Of a stretch of DNA of 64,000 nucleotides, positions 29,954 through 39,209 are shown piece after piece. The position numbers and the translations under genes were made by a program. The notes beneath the pieces were generated by a model. That model did no database searches and was not told the origin of the DNA. It saw only the letters and a program-made list of their open reading frames with translations. Where the stretch lies: the NCBI GenBank assembly GCA_963695555.1, contig CAVOGR010000001.1, forward strand, positions 704,001-768,000, read 5' to 3'. Position 1 is the first letter of the stretch. Every line of letters starts with the position of its first letter. This DNA comes from an uncultured Gemmatimonadales bacterium (lineage in GTDB: Bacteria; Gemmatimonadota; Gemmatimonadetes; Gemmatimonadales; GWC2-71-9).

Positions 29954-29974
29954 GTCACGGTTGGATCGCGTTCC

Positions 29975-30385
29975 ATGGAGCAGCTTATGACCTCCATCAA
30001 GCGTGCCCTCTTGTTCGGCCTCCTCGTCTGGCTCATTCCCTTTGCCGTCGCGTTCGTGATTTATCCAATACACGAGTCGTCCCGGTCGTTGTTCGAATCG
30101 ATCATGCCGGTGACGATCAGCCTCGCGACGGTTCTGTTCGGTGTGACCTACTTGCGCCAGGTGACTCGACAGCCCCTGCGCGAGGGCATCCTGATCGGGC
30201 TCATCTGGCTGATGATGAGCCTGCTCATCGACATGCCGCTCATGCTCTTGGGCGGCCCCATGCAGATGACGCTTCCCGAGTACATCGCCGATATCGGCGT
30301 CACCTACCTCATGATTCCGGTGATCACGATCGGGATGGGGGCGGTGGCAGTGAGGAGTGGATTGGATCGGGATGACAACGAATAG
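29975..30385 (+). CDS. Hypothetical 4-TM membrane protein
   Basis: Four hydrophobic segments. Confidence 0.75.
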   Translation: MEQLMTSIKRALLFGLLVWLIPFAVAFVIYPIHESSRSLFESIMPVTISLATVLFGVTYLRQVTRQPLREGILIGLIWLMMSLLIDMPLMLLGGPMQMTLPEYIADIGVTYLMIPVITIGMGAVAVRSGLDRDDNE

Positions 30386-30466
30386 CTATTGGCTATTAGC
30401 CATTGGTCCAACGCACTAGCTTCTCAGCAACCAAAAGCCAATAGCCAATAGCAACCGGGAGCGCAC

Positions 30467-30943
30467 ATGCGACCCTCTCCACTTCTCCCGCTCGTCGCCC
30501 TTGCCCTCGCCGCGGCGTGTATCCCTGCCCAGCCCGCGTCTCTCACCGACGCCGAGCGCCAGGCAGTCGCCGCGAACGCCGATTCGGCCACCCGCGCCTT
30601 CGAGGCCGCCCAGCGGGCGATGGATCCAGAGCGCGTGGTCGCCCACATCGCGCCCGACTTCTACATGTACAACGACGGGGTGCGCGCGGGGTATGAATCG
30701 ACCGTCCAGTCGATCCGCGACAACCTCGGGTCCTTCCAGTACATGGATCCTAGCTTCAACAACTTGGAAACGAAGGTGCTCGGCAGAGACGCAGCCGTCG
30801 TGTCCTTCACCTTCCGCGACAGCTTAGTGGACGCCTCGGGTGCGACACTCATCCTCCGTGGACCCACCACGCTCGTGTGGGAGCGGCGCGGCGCCGAGTG
30901 GCTGATCACTTACGCGGATGCGGATCATTACCCGGCGGAATAA
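30467..30943 (+). CDS. NTF2-like (SnoaL/DUF4440) lipoprotein
   Basis: LAAAC lipobox; VLGRDAAVVSF...TLVWERRGAEWLI. Confidence 0.8.
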   Translation: MRPSPLLPLVALALAAACIPAQPASLTDAERQAVAANADSATRAFEAAQRAMDPERVVAHIAPDFYMYNDGVRAGYESTVQSIRDNLGSFQYMDPSFNNLETKVLGRDAAVVSFTFRDSLVDASGATLILRGPTTLVWERRGAEWLITYADADHYPAE

Positions 30944-31003
30944 TTGCCTCAGACCTTGCGCCTCGAGACTAGCAGCGCCTTGGCCGTTTGAGCACGCTGG
31001 GGA

Positions 31004-32569
31004 GTGCAAGAAATGACTGCCGTCCGCCCGTCTGTCCAACCACCAATCGATTGGCGGTTCATCACCGTCCTAATCGGCATGACGCTCTCGATCCACGTCG
31101 TCACCAATCTCATCACGCCATATGAATTCCACCGCGACGAGTTCCTCTACTTCGCGATGGGCACCCACCTGCGACTCTTCCACATGGATTTTCCGCCGCT
31201 GATCGCGCTCCTGTCCGAAACAGTCCGAGCAGTGGGCGGGACATCACTCTTCGCATTCCGCATGGTTCCCGCGATCGCGGGAAGCGTCGTGCTGCTCCTC
31301 GCTCTCCTCATTGTAAGAGAACTTGGCGGCGGCCGGCTGGCGCAGGTCCTCACCGCCTTTGCCATCATCTTCAATCCGCTTTTTCTCCGCACCGCAAACC
31401 TGTTCCAGCCGGTCGTGCTCGATCAGCTCTGGTGGATGCTCGGCTTCTACGCCTTGGCGCGACTCGAGAACACCGACGAGCCCAAGTGGTGGCTCCTGCT
31501 CGGGGCGGCGGGCGGGCTCGGACTCCTGAGCAAGTTTTCGATCCTGTTCTTCGGGCTCGCCGTCCTCATCGGTCTCCTGCTCACTCGCCGCCGCCGAGCG
31601 TTCCTGGGCCCCTGGCCCTGGATTGCGGCGGGCATCGCACTGGTGGTCGGAGCCCCGAGCGTGATTGGTCAGATCGCCCTTGGATTTCCCCTCGCCCAAC
31701 AGATGGAGGGGCTCCACCAAATGCAGCTGGCCCGCATGACCTTCGGAGAGTTCGTCATGGGCCAGGCCCTGTGGGGCCCCGCCGGCTTTCTGCTTGCCGG
31801 GGTGGGCCTGATCGCGTTCATGGTGCACCCGGCTCTCCGCCGGTACCGCTCCCTGGGCCTCATTGCCGCGGCGGCGTTCGTGCTCTTTACGCTCGCCAAG
31901 GGGAAGTCTTATTACGTCGGCCCGATCTATCCCGTGCTCTGCGCAGCCGGCGCCGTGTGGGTAGACCGCCTGTCGCAACCTCGAGTCAGGTCGGCTCTTG
32001 CCTGGACGATCTCCCTCCTCATGGTTGGGTACGGTCTCGGCACGCTGCCGTTCGGTCTGCCGGTCCTGCCGCCGGAGCCGATGGCGCGCTACGCCAAGGC
32101 CACCGGGATCACTGCAGGCGTCACAACCAACAGAGGTGAGATCCTTCCGTTGCCTCAGGACTACGCCGACATGCTCGGCTGGAAGGAGCAGGCAGAGGCA
32201 GTGGCTCAGGTGTTCCAGGCCCTGACACCGGACGAGCAAGCGGACGCCGTCCTCTATGGGGGGAATTACGGTGAAGCGGGTGCACTCGATCTTTACGGCC
32301 GCCGGCTCAAACTCCCGCCGGTCATCAGTCTGGCCGGAAGCTTCTTCAACTTCGGCCCAGGAACTCGGACGGGTAGGGTGCTCATTGTTCTAGGGGTGGA
32401 ACCGGCTGAAATCGAGTTTATCTCCTGCCAATCGCTCGAAGTCGCGACGCGGGTGCGTAACCCGTGGGGCGTGCCTGAGGAGCAGGATGTGCCGGTGCTG
32501 GTCTGCCGCGGGCCCAGCCTGACGCCCCAGGAGTTGTGGCAACGCGTGGGGGAGGCGCAGTGGGGGTGA
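31004..32569 (+). CDS. GT-C glycosyltransferase (GT39/ArnT-like)
   Basis: YEFHRDEFLY, DFPPL, GLLSK, GKSYY, NYGEAGA; polytopic. Confidence 0.85.
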   Translation: MQEMTAVRPSVQPPIDWRFITVLIGMTLSIHVVTNLITPYEFHRDEFLYFAMGTHLRLFHMDFPPLIALLSETVRAVGGTSLFAFRMVPAIAGSVVLLLALLIVRELGGGRLAQVLTAFAIIFNPLFLRTANLFQPVVLDQLWWMLGFYALARLENTDEPKWWLLLGAAGGLGLLSKFSILFFGLAVLIGLLLTRRRRAFLGPWPWIAAGIALVVGAPSVIGQIALGFPLAQQMEGLHQMQLARMTFGEFVMGQALWGPAGFLLAGVGLIAFMVHPALRRYRSLGLIAAAAFVLFTLAKGKSYYVGPIYPVLCAAGAVWVDRLSQPRVRSALAWTISLLMVGYGLGTLPFGLPVLPPEPMARYAKATGITAGVTTNRGEILPLPQDYADMLGWKEQAEAVAQVFQALTPDEQADAVLYGGNYGEAGALDLYGRRLKLPPVISLAGSFFNFGPGTRTGRVLIVLGVEPAEIEFISCQSLEVATRVRNPWGVPEEQDVPVLVCRGPSLTPQELWQRVGEAQWG

Positions 32570-32694
32570 GCGAGGGAGTGGGGAGTGGGGAGTAGGGAGT
32601 CGGGCAAGTAAAGAGTAAGGAGTAAGGAGAGACCGATAGCTGATAGCGCGGGGTGGGATGGGTAGGGAAGCCAGCCAACAGCTGGCGGCTACCC

Positions 32695-33588
32695 CTACCG
32701 CATCAGCGCCACTCGCCAACTCACCCCCAGCGTGAAATCGGGAGCCGACTCGGTCAGTCCGACACTTGCGTGGAGGCCGACTGTCCCGACGCCACTGACC
32801 CGCGTAATGGTGGCTCCCGCATATGCCGGAGCCGCGAATTCGGAGATCGCGGACGTGGACCCGGACACGGAGAGCAGGCCCCCCCATCCACTCGGCGAGA
32901 GGTACGCGAAGCTGACCGATCCCATCAGGGGGTCGTTCAGCTCGAGGTTGGGAAGGTCGCCCAAGTGCCAGTAGCCGAGATTGACGCCGAGTGAGCTGGT
33001 ATAGCCCAGGCGGTAGGACAGTGACGCGGTGCCGCCGTAGTCCCACTCGCCGGTCCCGAAGCTGGTCGTGTCGGTGAGGGGGAGCTTGACCCCGGCACCG
33101 AATGTGAGACCTACCGGCGATGCGCCGGTCAGTGCGATGCTCATGCTGACGAGCGGATCGCCCGCGGCGAATTCGTACCCGGTCATGGCCGAGCTCGGTA
33201 CATCGACGGGCCCTGCCGCGAGGAGCATCGCAGGTGCTGCCACGTCTTGCCCCATGCCGCTCTGTCTCTTGCCCCCACGTGCCGCCACCGAATCCGCGAC
33301 GATGCCGCTGGAGGACCCCCCAGTGGGCACCGGGCCGCTACCCGTTCCCGCGACCAACGTGGTGTTCTGGGAATAGAGCGGGACCGTCGCGCGAAAGGTG
33401 AATGGCCCCGCGCCGAGCGCGAGGCCATTCGTGAACGTCCAACTGGTGGTCCGTTCGGTGAAGATGTAGTTGCCGCTGGAGACCGACACCCCGCCCTCGT
33501 AGTGGACCGTCTGGGCCTGGGTAATCTGCCACACCCCGGCCGACAGAACCGCGAGCGCCAGCGCCGATCCCCATGCGCTGATCCTCAT
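32695..33588 (-). CDS. Secreted, probable outer-membrane beta-barrel protein
   Basis: Signal peptide; GVKLPLT...FGTGEWDYG and terminal PDFTLGVSWR resemble transporter-type barrels. Confidence 0.65.
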   Translation of the reverse strand: MRISAWGSALALAVLSAGVWQITQAQTVHYEGGVSVSSGNYIFTERTTSWTFTNGLALGAGPFTFRATVPLYSQNTTLVAGTGSGPVPTGGSSSGIVADSVAARGGKRQSGMGQDVAAPAMLLAAGPVDVPSSAMTGYEFAAGDPLVSMSIALTGASPVGLTFGAGVKLPLTDTTSFGTGEWDYGGTASLSYRLGYTSSLGVNLGYWHLGDLPNLELNDPLMGSVSFAYLSPSGWGGLLSVSGSTSAISEFAAPAYAGATITRVSGVGTVGLHASVGLTESAPDFTLGVSWRVALMR

Positions 33589-34037
33589 GACACCGCCATG
33601 GCCTTCAGGGCCTTGTGGGCCTCTTCCATTTCCCGCGCCATGTTCCGGATCCGCTCCTGGAGCTGTTCCATCTCACCGAGCCGGTTCTTGTCGCCCGCCA
33701 ACGCGGGATCCTTGTGCAGCTGCTCCATGTTTCGGAGCATCGAGCGGATCTGATTCCCTGCCTGCTCCATCTGCTGTCCCATGTCCTGGAATTCCTGCCT
33801 CACGCGCTGCTGGGTCATCAGCTGGTTGGTCTGCCGGACCTGCGTCATGAGCCGCTCCATCTGCTGCTGCATCTCGCCCAGGCGTTGCTGCTGCTGGAGC
33901 TGTTGCTGTTGCTGCAACTGTTGCTGCTGCTGCAACTGTTGCTGCTGCTTCTGTTGTTGCTGCTGGCCCTGCTGGGCCGCGGCAATCGTCGGGGCGCCAA
34001 GGAGAAGCGCCGTCGCGATCAAGGTCATGGTTCTCAT
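33585..34037 (-). CDS. Secreted Gln/Met-rich helical protein
   Basis: Signal peptide, (QQQQQL)n tract, coiled-coil; GAGG RBS; ATGA overlap with downstream gene. Confidence 0.8.
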   Translation of the reverse strand: MRTMTLIATALLLGAPTIAAAQQGQQQQQKQQQQLQQQQQLQQQQQLQQQQRLGEMQQQMERLMTQVRQTNQLMTQQRVRQEFQDMGQQMEQAGNQIRSMLRNMEQLHKDPALAGDKNRLGEMEQLQERIRNMAREMEEAHKALKAMAVS

Positions 34038-34096
34038 GGTTTATCCTCGCATCTTCATAGAGTTTTCATCGAGAGCATACCGACCTCTCGTTATAC

Positions 34097-34173
34097 AGAC
34101 ACAGGACAGGCGGAGTAGGTAACGGAGGAAAGGCCCCTGGAGGACCGTTACCTTCTCGGCCTGGCGAGAGTCT
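34097..34173. promoter_or_regulatory. Twin divergent ECF-type promoters GTTACC-N17-GTCT
   Basis: Plus: GTTACC 34147-34152, GTCT 34170-34173. Minus: GTTACC 34123-34118, GTCT 34100-34097. Confidence 0.75.
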
Positions 34174-34191
34174 CTTATGAGGGACGGGTGC

Positions 34192-34719
34192 ATGGGCGAT
34201 GCGGAGCTGGTCCGCCGGGTTCTCGCGGGGGAGGCAGAGGTCTTCGGGATTCTGGTGGAGCGTTATCGCGCACAATTTGGGCGGTACGCCACGGCCCTGC
34301 TGGGAGGGGATACCGACGAGGCGGCCGACGCCCTGCAGGAGGCCTTCATCAAGGCCTATGACTCGTTGGCCTCCTGCCGGCAGCCGGACAAATTCAAGGC
34401 CTGGGTGTTTCGCATCGTGACCAACCAGTGCCACAACGCCCGCCGCCGCCGCCGGCTGCACGTGCCGCTCGAGACGATCTCGAATCCGGCGAGCGAGGCG
34501 GCCGACGAGAAGCTGAGTAGGGGAGAGATCAAGACGGCGATCGGAGCCGCACTCGAAGGACTCACCGAGGAGCAGCGCATCGCCTTTGTGATGAAGCACA
34601 TCGAAGGACGTTCGTACGCCGAGATGGCGGAGTTGCTCAATGTGGGACAGGATGCGCTCAAGATGCGGGTGCACCGCGCGCGTGATGAGATGAAGCGACG
34701 GCTGGAGGGCGTGGTATGA
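34192..34719 (+). CDS. ECF sigma-70 factor
   Basis: DAELVRR, DALQEAFIKAY, FKAWVFRIVTN, GRSYAEMAELL...KMRVHRAR. Alternative start 34177. Confidence 0.95.
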   Translation: MGDAELVRRVLAGEAEVFGILVERYRAQFGRYATALLGGDTDEAADALQEAFIKAYDSLASCRQPDKFKAWVFRIVTNQCHNARRRRRLHVPLETISNPASEAADEKLSRGEIKTAIGAALEGLTEEQRIAFVMKHIEGRSYAEMAELLNVGQDALKMRVHRARDEMKRRLEGVV

Positions 34720-35357
34720 CGGGCAGGGATCGATTCCATCCTGATGTTCAGCGCTACCTCGACGGCGAGCACGTCGAGGGGCTGGCGCAGCCCGACATCG
34801 AGGACGCCGATCGGTTCGCGAAGGCGTTGTTCGAGTACGGGGCCGGTGTCGAGGCCCCGGATGCCCGTGTCGATGCCGCCGTCATGGAGGTAGTCCGAGC
34901 TCGGGCGTTGTCCCACGAGGAGAAATCGTTCTGGCAGTGGCTGGTCCAGCCCAATCAGATCCGCATCCGGCCGGCACTCTTGGCCGCGGCGTCGATTGCC
35001 CTCGTGGCCTTGGGTGCCGCCATGGTGTTCCTCCTGCCGCGTACCGGCCCTCCTGCTGCCGATGCAGCGCCGACCGTACTGGTGCGGTTCGAACTCCGCG
35101 CGCCCGAAGCCTCGAGGGTGACCCTCACTGGATCATTCAACGCGTGGAGTTCCGATCGCATCGAGCTTCGGCAAAACACTGCCACCGGGGTGTGGAGCGG
35201 GACCATCCCACTCAGACCGGGTCGGCACGAATACTCGTTCGTTATCGACGGTGAGCACTGGCTCCCGGATCCGATGGCCCACGCGCAAGTGGACGATGGC
35301 TTCGGGCAAGTCAACAGCGTCATCGTCGTAGGATCGAGAGGAGTGGTGCGCTCATGA
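34716..35357 (+). CDS. Putative anti-sigma factor with one TM and C-terminal CBM48/AMPK-beta glycogen-binding domain
   Basis: VRFELRAPEASRVTLTGSFNAW...GRHEYSFVIDGEHWLPDP...DDGFGQVNS; coupled to the sigma gene. Confidence 0.85.
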   Translation: MTGRDRFHPDVQRYLDGEHVEGLAQPDIEDADRFAKALFEYGAGVEAPDARVDAAVMEVVRARALSHEEKSFWQWLVQPNQIRIRPALLAAASIALVALGAAMVFLLPRTGPPAADAAPTVLVRFELRAPEASRVTLTGSFNAWSSDRIELRQNTATGVWSGTIPLRPGRHEYSFVIDGEHWLPDPMAHAQVDDGFGQVNSVIVVGSRGVVRS

Positions 35358-36094
35358 AGCGGATGACCTGGATTGTCGCCATCCTCGGTCTGGGGGCTCT
35401 GCTCGCTGCGGCCGCAGCACCGGCAGCCGCCCAAGAGCCTGGTATTGGCGAGCAGCTCGTCGCGCGCGGTGCCCCCACCGAGTTTGCCAATCAGGTCGCT
35501 CAGATTGTGGCATCTGCCCAGGCCGACGCCCTGCCGACTGCAGGGCTCGAGTCAAAGGCCCTCGAAGGCTGGGCGAAACGCGGCCGTGTCTCTCAGGAGC
35601 AAGTACTCGCCGCGTTGCAGCAGCTCGTGGGGCGGCTCGAGCAGGGACGGAACGTGGTGCGAGACGCTGGACTCGATGCCTCCGCTCCGGTGATTACCGG
35701 GGCAGCCGAGGCCCTGGGCCGGGGCCTGACCAGAGAGCAGATTCGCGAAGTCGTCCGGTCGGCGCCCAATCCGGCTGCCGCGGGAACGGGACTCACCGTC
35801 GCCGCGTCGCTCGCGGCACAGGGGCTCCTTGCCGCGGCGGCGGTGCGGGCGGTGAGCGATGCCTATCGGACCGGCCACGGGCCGGAAGACGTCCTCGAGT
35901 TTCCCTCTACCGTGGCCGATGCCACGGCGCGCGGGGAACGCATGGCGGACATCGGGCAGCGCATCATGCAGGGTGGCATGCTTGCTCCGCCTGGCGGAGG
36001 CGCCGGTGGTGCCGGGACCAGCGGGCAAGGGGGCCGCCCACCTGGCATGCCTGGCTCCAAGCAAGGGACTAAGACGCAAGCCAGCAAGCCGTGA
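35354..36094 (+). CDS. Secreted Ala/Gly-rich helical hypothetical protein
   Basis: Signal peptide; ATGA/GTGA coupling on both sides. Confidence 0.75.
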   Translation: MKRMTWIVAILGLGALLAAAAAPAAAQEPGIGEQLVARGAPTEFANQVAQIVASAQADALPTAGLESKALEGWAKRGRVSQEQVLAALQQLVGRLEQGRNVVRDAGLDASAPVITGAAEALGRGLTREQIREVVRSAPNPAAAGTGLTVAASLAAQGLLAAAAVRAVSDAYRTGHGPEDVLEFPSTVADATARGERMADIGQRIMQGGMLAPPGGGAGGAGTSGQGGRPPGMPGSKQGTKTQASKP

Positions 36095-37194
36095 ACCGCG
36101 GCATTCTCATCATTCTCATGATCGGGGGAGTGGCCGGCCTGAGGCCGCCCTCCCTCGACGGCCAAGATCTCACCGTCGAAGCAGGTGGCCTTCATGCACG
36201 GTACGCCGATTCCGTGTCGGGCACGGCGGGCCACGTGGGGATGCGGCTCGACCTGGCTTCGCGGCGAGCCTCGGCGGTGCTCGATGCGGGGCTTTCCCAT
36301 TTCACCTCGGGAGAGACCGTGTCTCAAATCGTGGGTCGCGGCTCGGTCTTCGTGACATCGAGTCGGCGCTTCGCCGCCGGACTTTACTGGGGAGGTGAAT
36401 GGGACCAGCTGGGGAGTGACACCTGGGTCGGGACTGCATCGGTCGGTCCGCTGGTCGGGTTTGGCAGCGGTGCATTCACTGCCGCCGTCGTCGGCACGGC
36501 AGGCGGGCTGCGACGCCTCGACGGAGCATCACTACCGATCGGATCGGTCGGCCTCACGATAGAAGCGCGAGTGACCGATGCGGTCTCCCTCCAAGCCGCC
36601 GGCAACGCCACCATGAGCGATACGGCAGATTACGCCGACTTCACGGCGACGCTCCAGGCACGCCATCGAGGTCTGTCTCTCTTTCTCGTCGGCGGCGCTC
36701 GCGCGGGCGATCTATCGGACGACCCCTGGGGACAAGTCCGCATGCACTACGTCTTCGCACCATGGGTCGCAGTCGACGGCGCAGTGGGTCGGTATCCGCG
36801 GGACCTGATGGGATTTACCGACGGCGTCTTTGGGACCTTGGGCATCCGTTTGTCGCTGCTGGGCAGTGTCCGGGCTCCCGGTGTGACGAGGTCCACCACG
36901 CCTCCACGCCCTCCACTCCGCGTCGAAGCCCTGCCGGACGGCCAGCGTCGCATCACCGTCCGATATGCGAATGCCGTCCGGCAGCGGCTGGAGATCGCGG
37001 GCAACTGGAATGGCTGGATCCCGGTGCCACTCGAACGGGTTGGCCGGAACACGTGGTCCGTCGATCTTCAACTTGCTCCGGGACTCCATCAGTACCAGCT
37101 CATCGTCGACGGCGATACCTGGACCATTCCCGCCGGGGCGCCCTGGGTCCCGGACGAATTCGGCGGACGGGTGGGATTGATGGTGGTGAAGTAG
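36091..37194 (+). CDS. Probable beta-barrel protein with C-terminal CBM48 glycogen-binding domain
   Basis: Amphipathic beta region then LEIAGNWNGW...PGLHQYQLIVDG...PDEFGG. Confidence 0.8.
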   Translation: MNRGILIILMIGGVAGLRPPSLDGQDLTVEAGGLHARYADSVSGTAGHVGMRLDLASRRASAVLDAGLSHFTSGETVSQIVGRGSVFVTSSRRFAAGLYWGGEWDQLGSDTWVGTASVGPLVGFGSGAFTAAVVGTAGGLRRLDGASLPIGSVGLTIEARVTDAVSLQAAGNATMSDTADYADFTATLQARHRGLSLFLVGGARAGDLSDDPWGQVRMHYVFAPWVAVDGAVGRYPRDLMGFTDGVFGTLGIRLSLLGSVRAPGVTRSTTPPRPPLRVEALPDGQRRITVRYANAVRQRLEIAGNWNGWIPVPLERVGRNTWSVDLQLAPGLHQYQLIVDGDTWTIPAGAPWVPDEFGGRVGLMVVK

Positions 37195-37199
37195 GGGGT

Positions 37200-37703
37200 A
37201 TGGATCTCCGGCACCGCCTGGCACTCGGCCCCTTTCCGGAATCCGACGGCTGGGCTTGGCTGTACCGTGCCTTCGGCCGATTAGCGCCCGCCGGCGGGCG
37301 CCTGCGGCGAGCGGCTTGCAGCTTCTTCTGGCCGAATGCCCTGGAACGCTGGCACGGGGGCAGGCTCTACCGACTCCTCGGTGTGGGCCTCTTCGGGAGC
37401 CTGATTCCCACCGGCGGAATCCGGGTCCGGCGGCTCACCCGAAGCCGCATGGCTCCGTATACGTTATCGGGCACGTCAGTCGGGGCTGCCCGCGCGTTCT
37501 ACTACAAGACCTGTGTGTTCGAATCTCTCCATATGCCGTTCTTCGTGGCACTCGTCGGGCTGGCGCTCCATCGCGCGTCGATCGGCCGCGTGGATCTGGC
37601 GCTCGAGAACACCGTTGTGAATCTTCTGTTCAACATCTACCCCATCATGCATCACCGGCGTACCAGGCTGCGGATCGTGCAGTTACTGGACCGTCGGGGC
37701 TGA
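37200..37703 (+). CDS. CrtO-like (glycosyl-4,4'-diaponeurosporenoate acyltransferase family) membrane protein
   Basis: LYRLLGV...T-x-x-x-ESLH...NIYPIM-x-x-R-x-x-R-x-R pattern. Confidence 0.55.
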   Translation: MDLRHRLALGPFPESDGWAWLYRAFGRLAPAGGRLRRAACSFFWPNALERWHGGRLYRLLGVGLFGSLIPTGGIRVRRLTRSRMAPYTLSGTSVGAARAFYYKTCVFESLHMPFFVALVGLALHRASIGRVDLALENTVVNLLFNIYPIMHHRRTRLRIVQLLDRRG

Positions 37704-37735
37704 CGCACACCGCTTGGCTACCACTGGCCGGCCCT

Positions 37736-38335
37736 TCAACAACCCCGCGTACTATCCCCCGGCTGCCGTACCCAGGTGTAGACGCGCCGCGCCTCCCACT
37801 CGCCTTCCACCCAGTCGAAGCTCTCGGTCTTCAACGTATCGGCGCTGACCTTGGTGGTCAGGTGTTTGATCCGGAACAGCTCCTGGCCCGTGCTATCCGT
37901 CGCGAAGAACCGTTGCTCGGCTACGTCCGGCTGGCCTTCGACGCCAAGTTCCTCGTACCCCATGCCGGTAACCCCATTACCGCCGGTTTGATACATCATC
38001 ACCTTCTGGACGATGGGATCCCACCCACTGAAGAAGTTCCAATACGTGCCGACCCGCTTGCCATTGTGCTCACCCCACAAACACCCGGTCATGGATACTC
38101 CGCCGAGCGCTCGCTGATAGGTAGTGCCGTAATGGCTCGGCTCTTGATTCGCGACCGTGCGGTAGGCGGCGTTCGACGTGAGCCAGACACCGCCGTCACG
38201 GGTCCAGTACTCGAAGTGGGCCCGCACGTCCTGGCTCGGGTCGAGTGATCGGCGGGTTCCCGGCAACGCGGCCGCGAGGGCCAATGAAAGACCAGCAATG
38301 GGAGCAATTGCAAAGTACCATCGAACGGGTGTCAT
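37736..38335 (-). CDS. Secreted hypothetical protein
   Basis: ATG 38335 after GGAG; signal-like N-terminus; beta-rich. Confidence 0.7.
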   Translation of the reverse strand: MTPVRWYFAIAPIAGLSLALAAALPGTRRSLDPSQDVRAHFEYWTRDGGVWLTSNAAYRTVANQEPSHYGTTYQRALGGVSMTGCLWGEHNGKRVGTYWNFFSGWDPIVQKVMMYQTGGNGVTGMGYEELGVEGQPDVAEQRFFATDSTGQELFRIKHLTTKVSADTLKTESFDWVEGEWEARRVYTWVRQPGDSTRGC

Positions 38336-38597
38336 GCTGTCTCCCAGGGAGTTGGGGGGTGTCGGGTTATTCGTTCTAGAGACGTAATGGCGCGCCCATC
38401 TTTGCACGCCATGCACGATGGCTGGTGAGACCCGGCTGCCGCAAGGGCGTGAGCCTCCACTGGATCCCAATCCGGGTTCCTTCGCATCGACGCCTGGTCC
38501 GCCCGCGGCCAGCCGCTGGGTGGTGGGAACCCTTTCCGGGCGGTAGGTTATCGGCTCCCAGGCAGCCAGTCTTCTCCCCCTGCATGTGGAGGTCAGC

Positions 38598-39167
38598 ATG
38601 GCAACCATCGTTCCGGTGCTTTCCTTGTGGCTCCCGATCCTGCTCGCGGCGGTCCTGGTCTTCATCGTCAGTTCTCTCTTCCACACCGTCCTGCCGTTTC
38701 ACGACAAGGACTTCGACAAGGTGCCGGCCGAAGACGAGGTCATGGACGCGATCCGAAAGGCCAACGTGCCGCCGGGCGACTACGTGCTGCCGTGTCCGGC
38801 ATCGAAGCAAGAACGGAAGGCCCCGGAGTTCATCGACAAGATGAAGCGCGGGCCCATCGCCTTTCTCACCGTGTACCCGAGCGGGCCGCCGTCGATGGGA
38901 TCGAGCCTGGTAGCCTGGTTTGTCTATTGTATCGTCATAGGGGTCTTCGCCGCGTACATCGCCGGCCGGGCTCTCGGGCCGGGGGCGCATTACCTGGCCG
39001 TCTTCCGCTTCGTGGGCGTGTCGGCCTTCCTGGGTTACGCACTCGCACTCTGGCAGAACACCATCTGGTTCAAGCGGAAGACGAGCACCACGCTCAAGTC
39101 GACCATCGATGGTTTGGTGTACGCGCTTCTGACTGCCGGGATGTTCGGCTGGCTCTGGCCGAGCTAG
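38598..39167 (+). CDS. Hypothetical membrane protein
   Basis: GGAGG RBS; about five TM segments. Confidence 0.8.
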   Translation: MATIVPVLSLWLPILLAAVLVFIVSSLFHTVLPFHDKDFDKVPAEDEVMDAIRKANVPPGDYVLPCPASKQERKAPEFIDKMKRGPIAFLTVYPSGPPSMGSSLVAWFVYCIVIGVFAAYIAGRALGPGAHYLAVFRFVGVSAFLGYALALWQNTIWFKRKTSTTLKSTIDGLVYALLTAGMFGWLWPS

Positions 39168-39209
39168 TTTACCGACTGATAGCCGATAGCCGATAGTCGT
39201 CAGCCGGTT

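Noticed and set aside
33615..34122. Poly-Cys and poly-Leu ORFs on the plus strand
   Set aside because: Antisense shadows of the poly-Gln gene.
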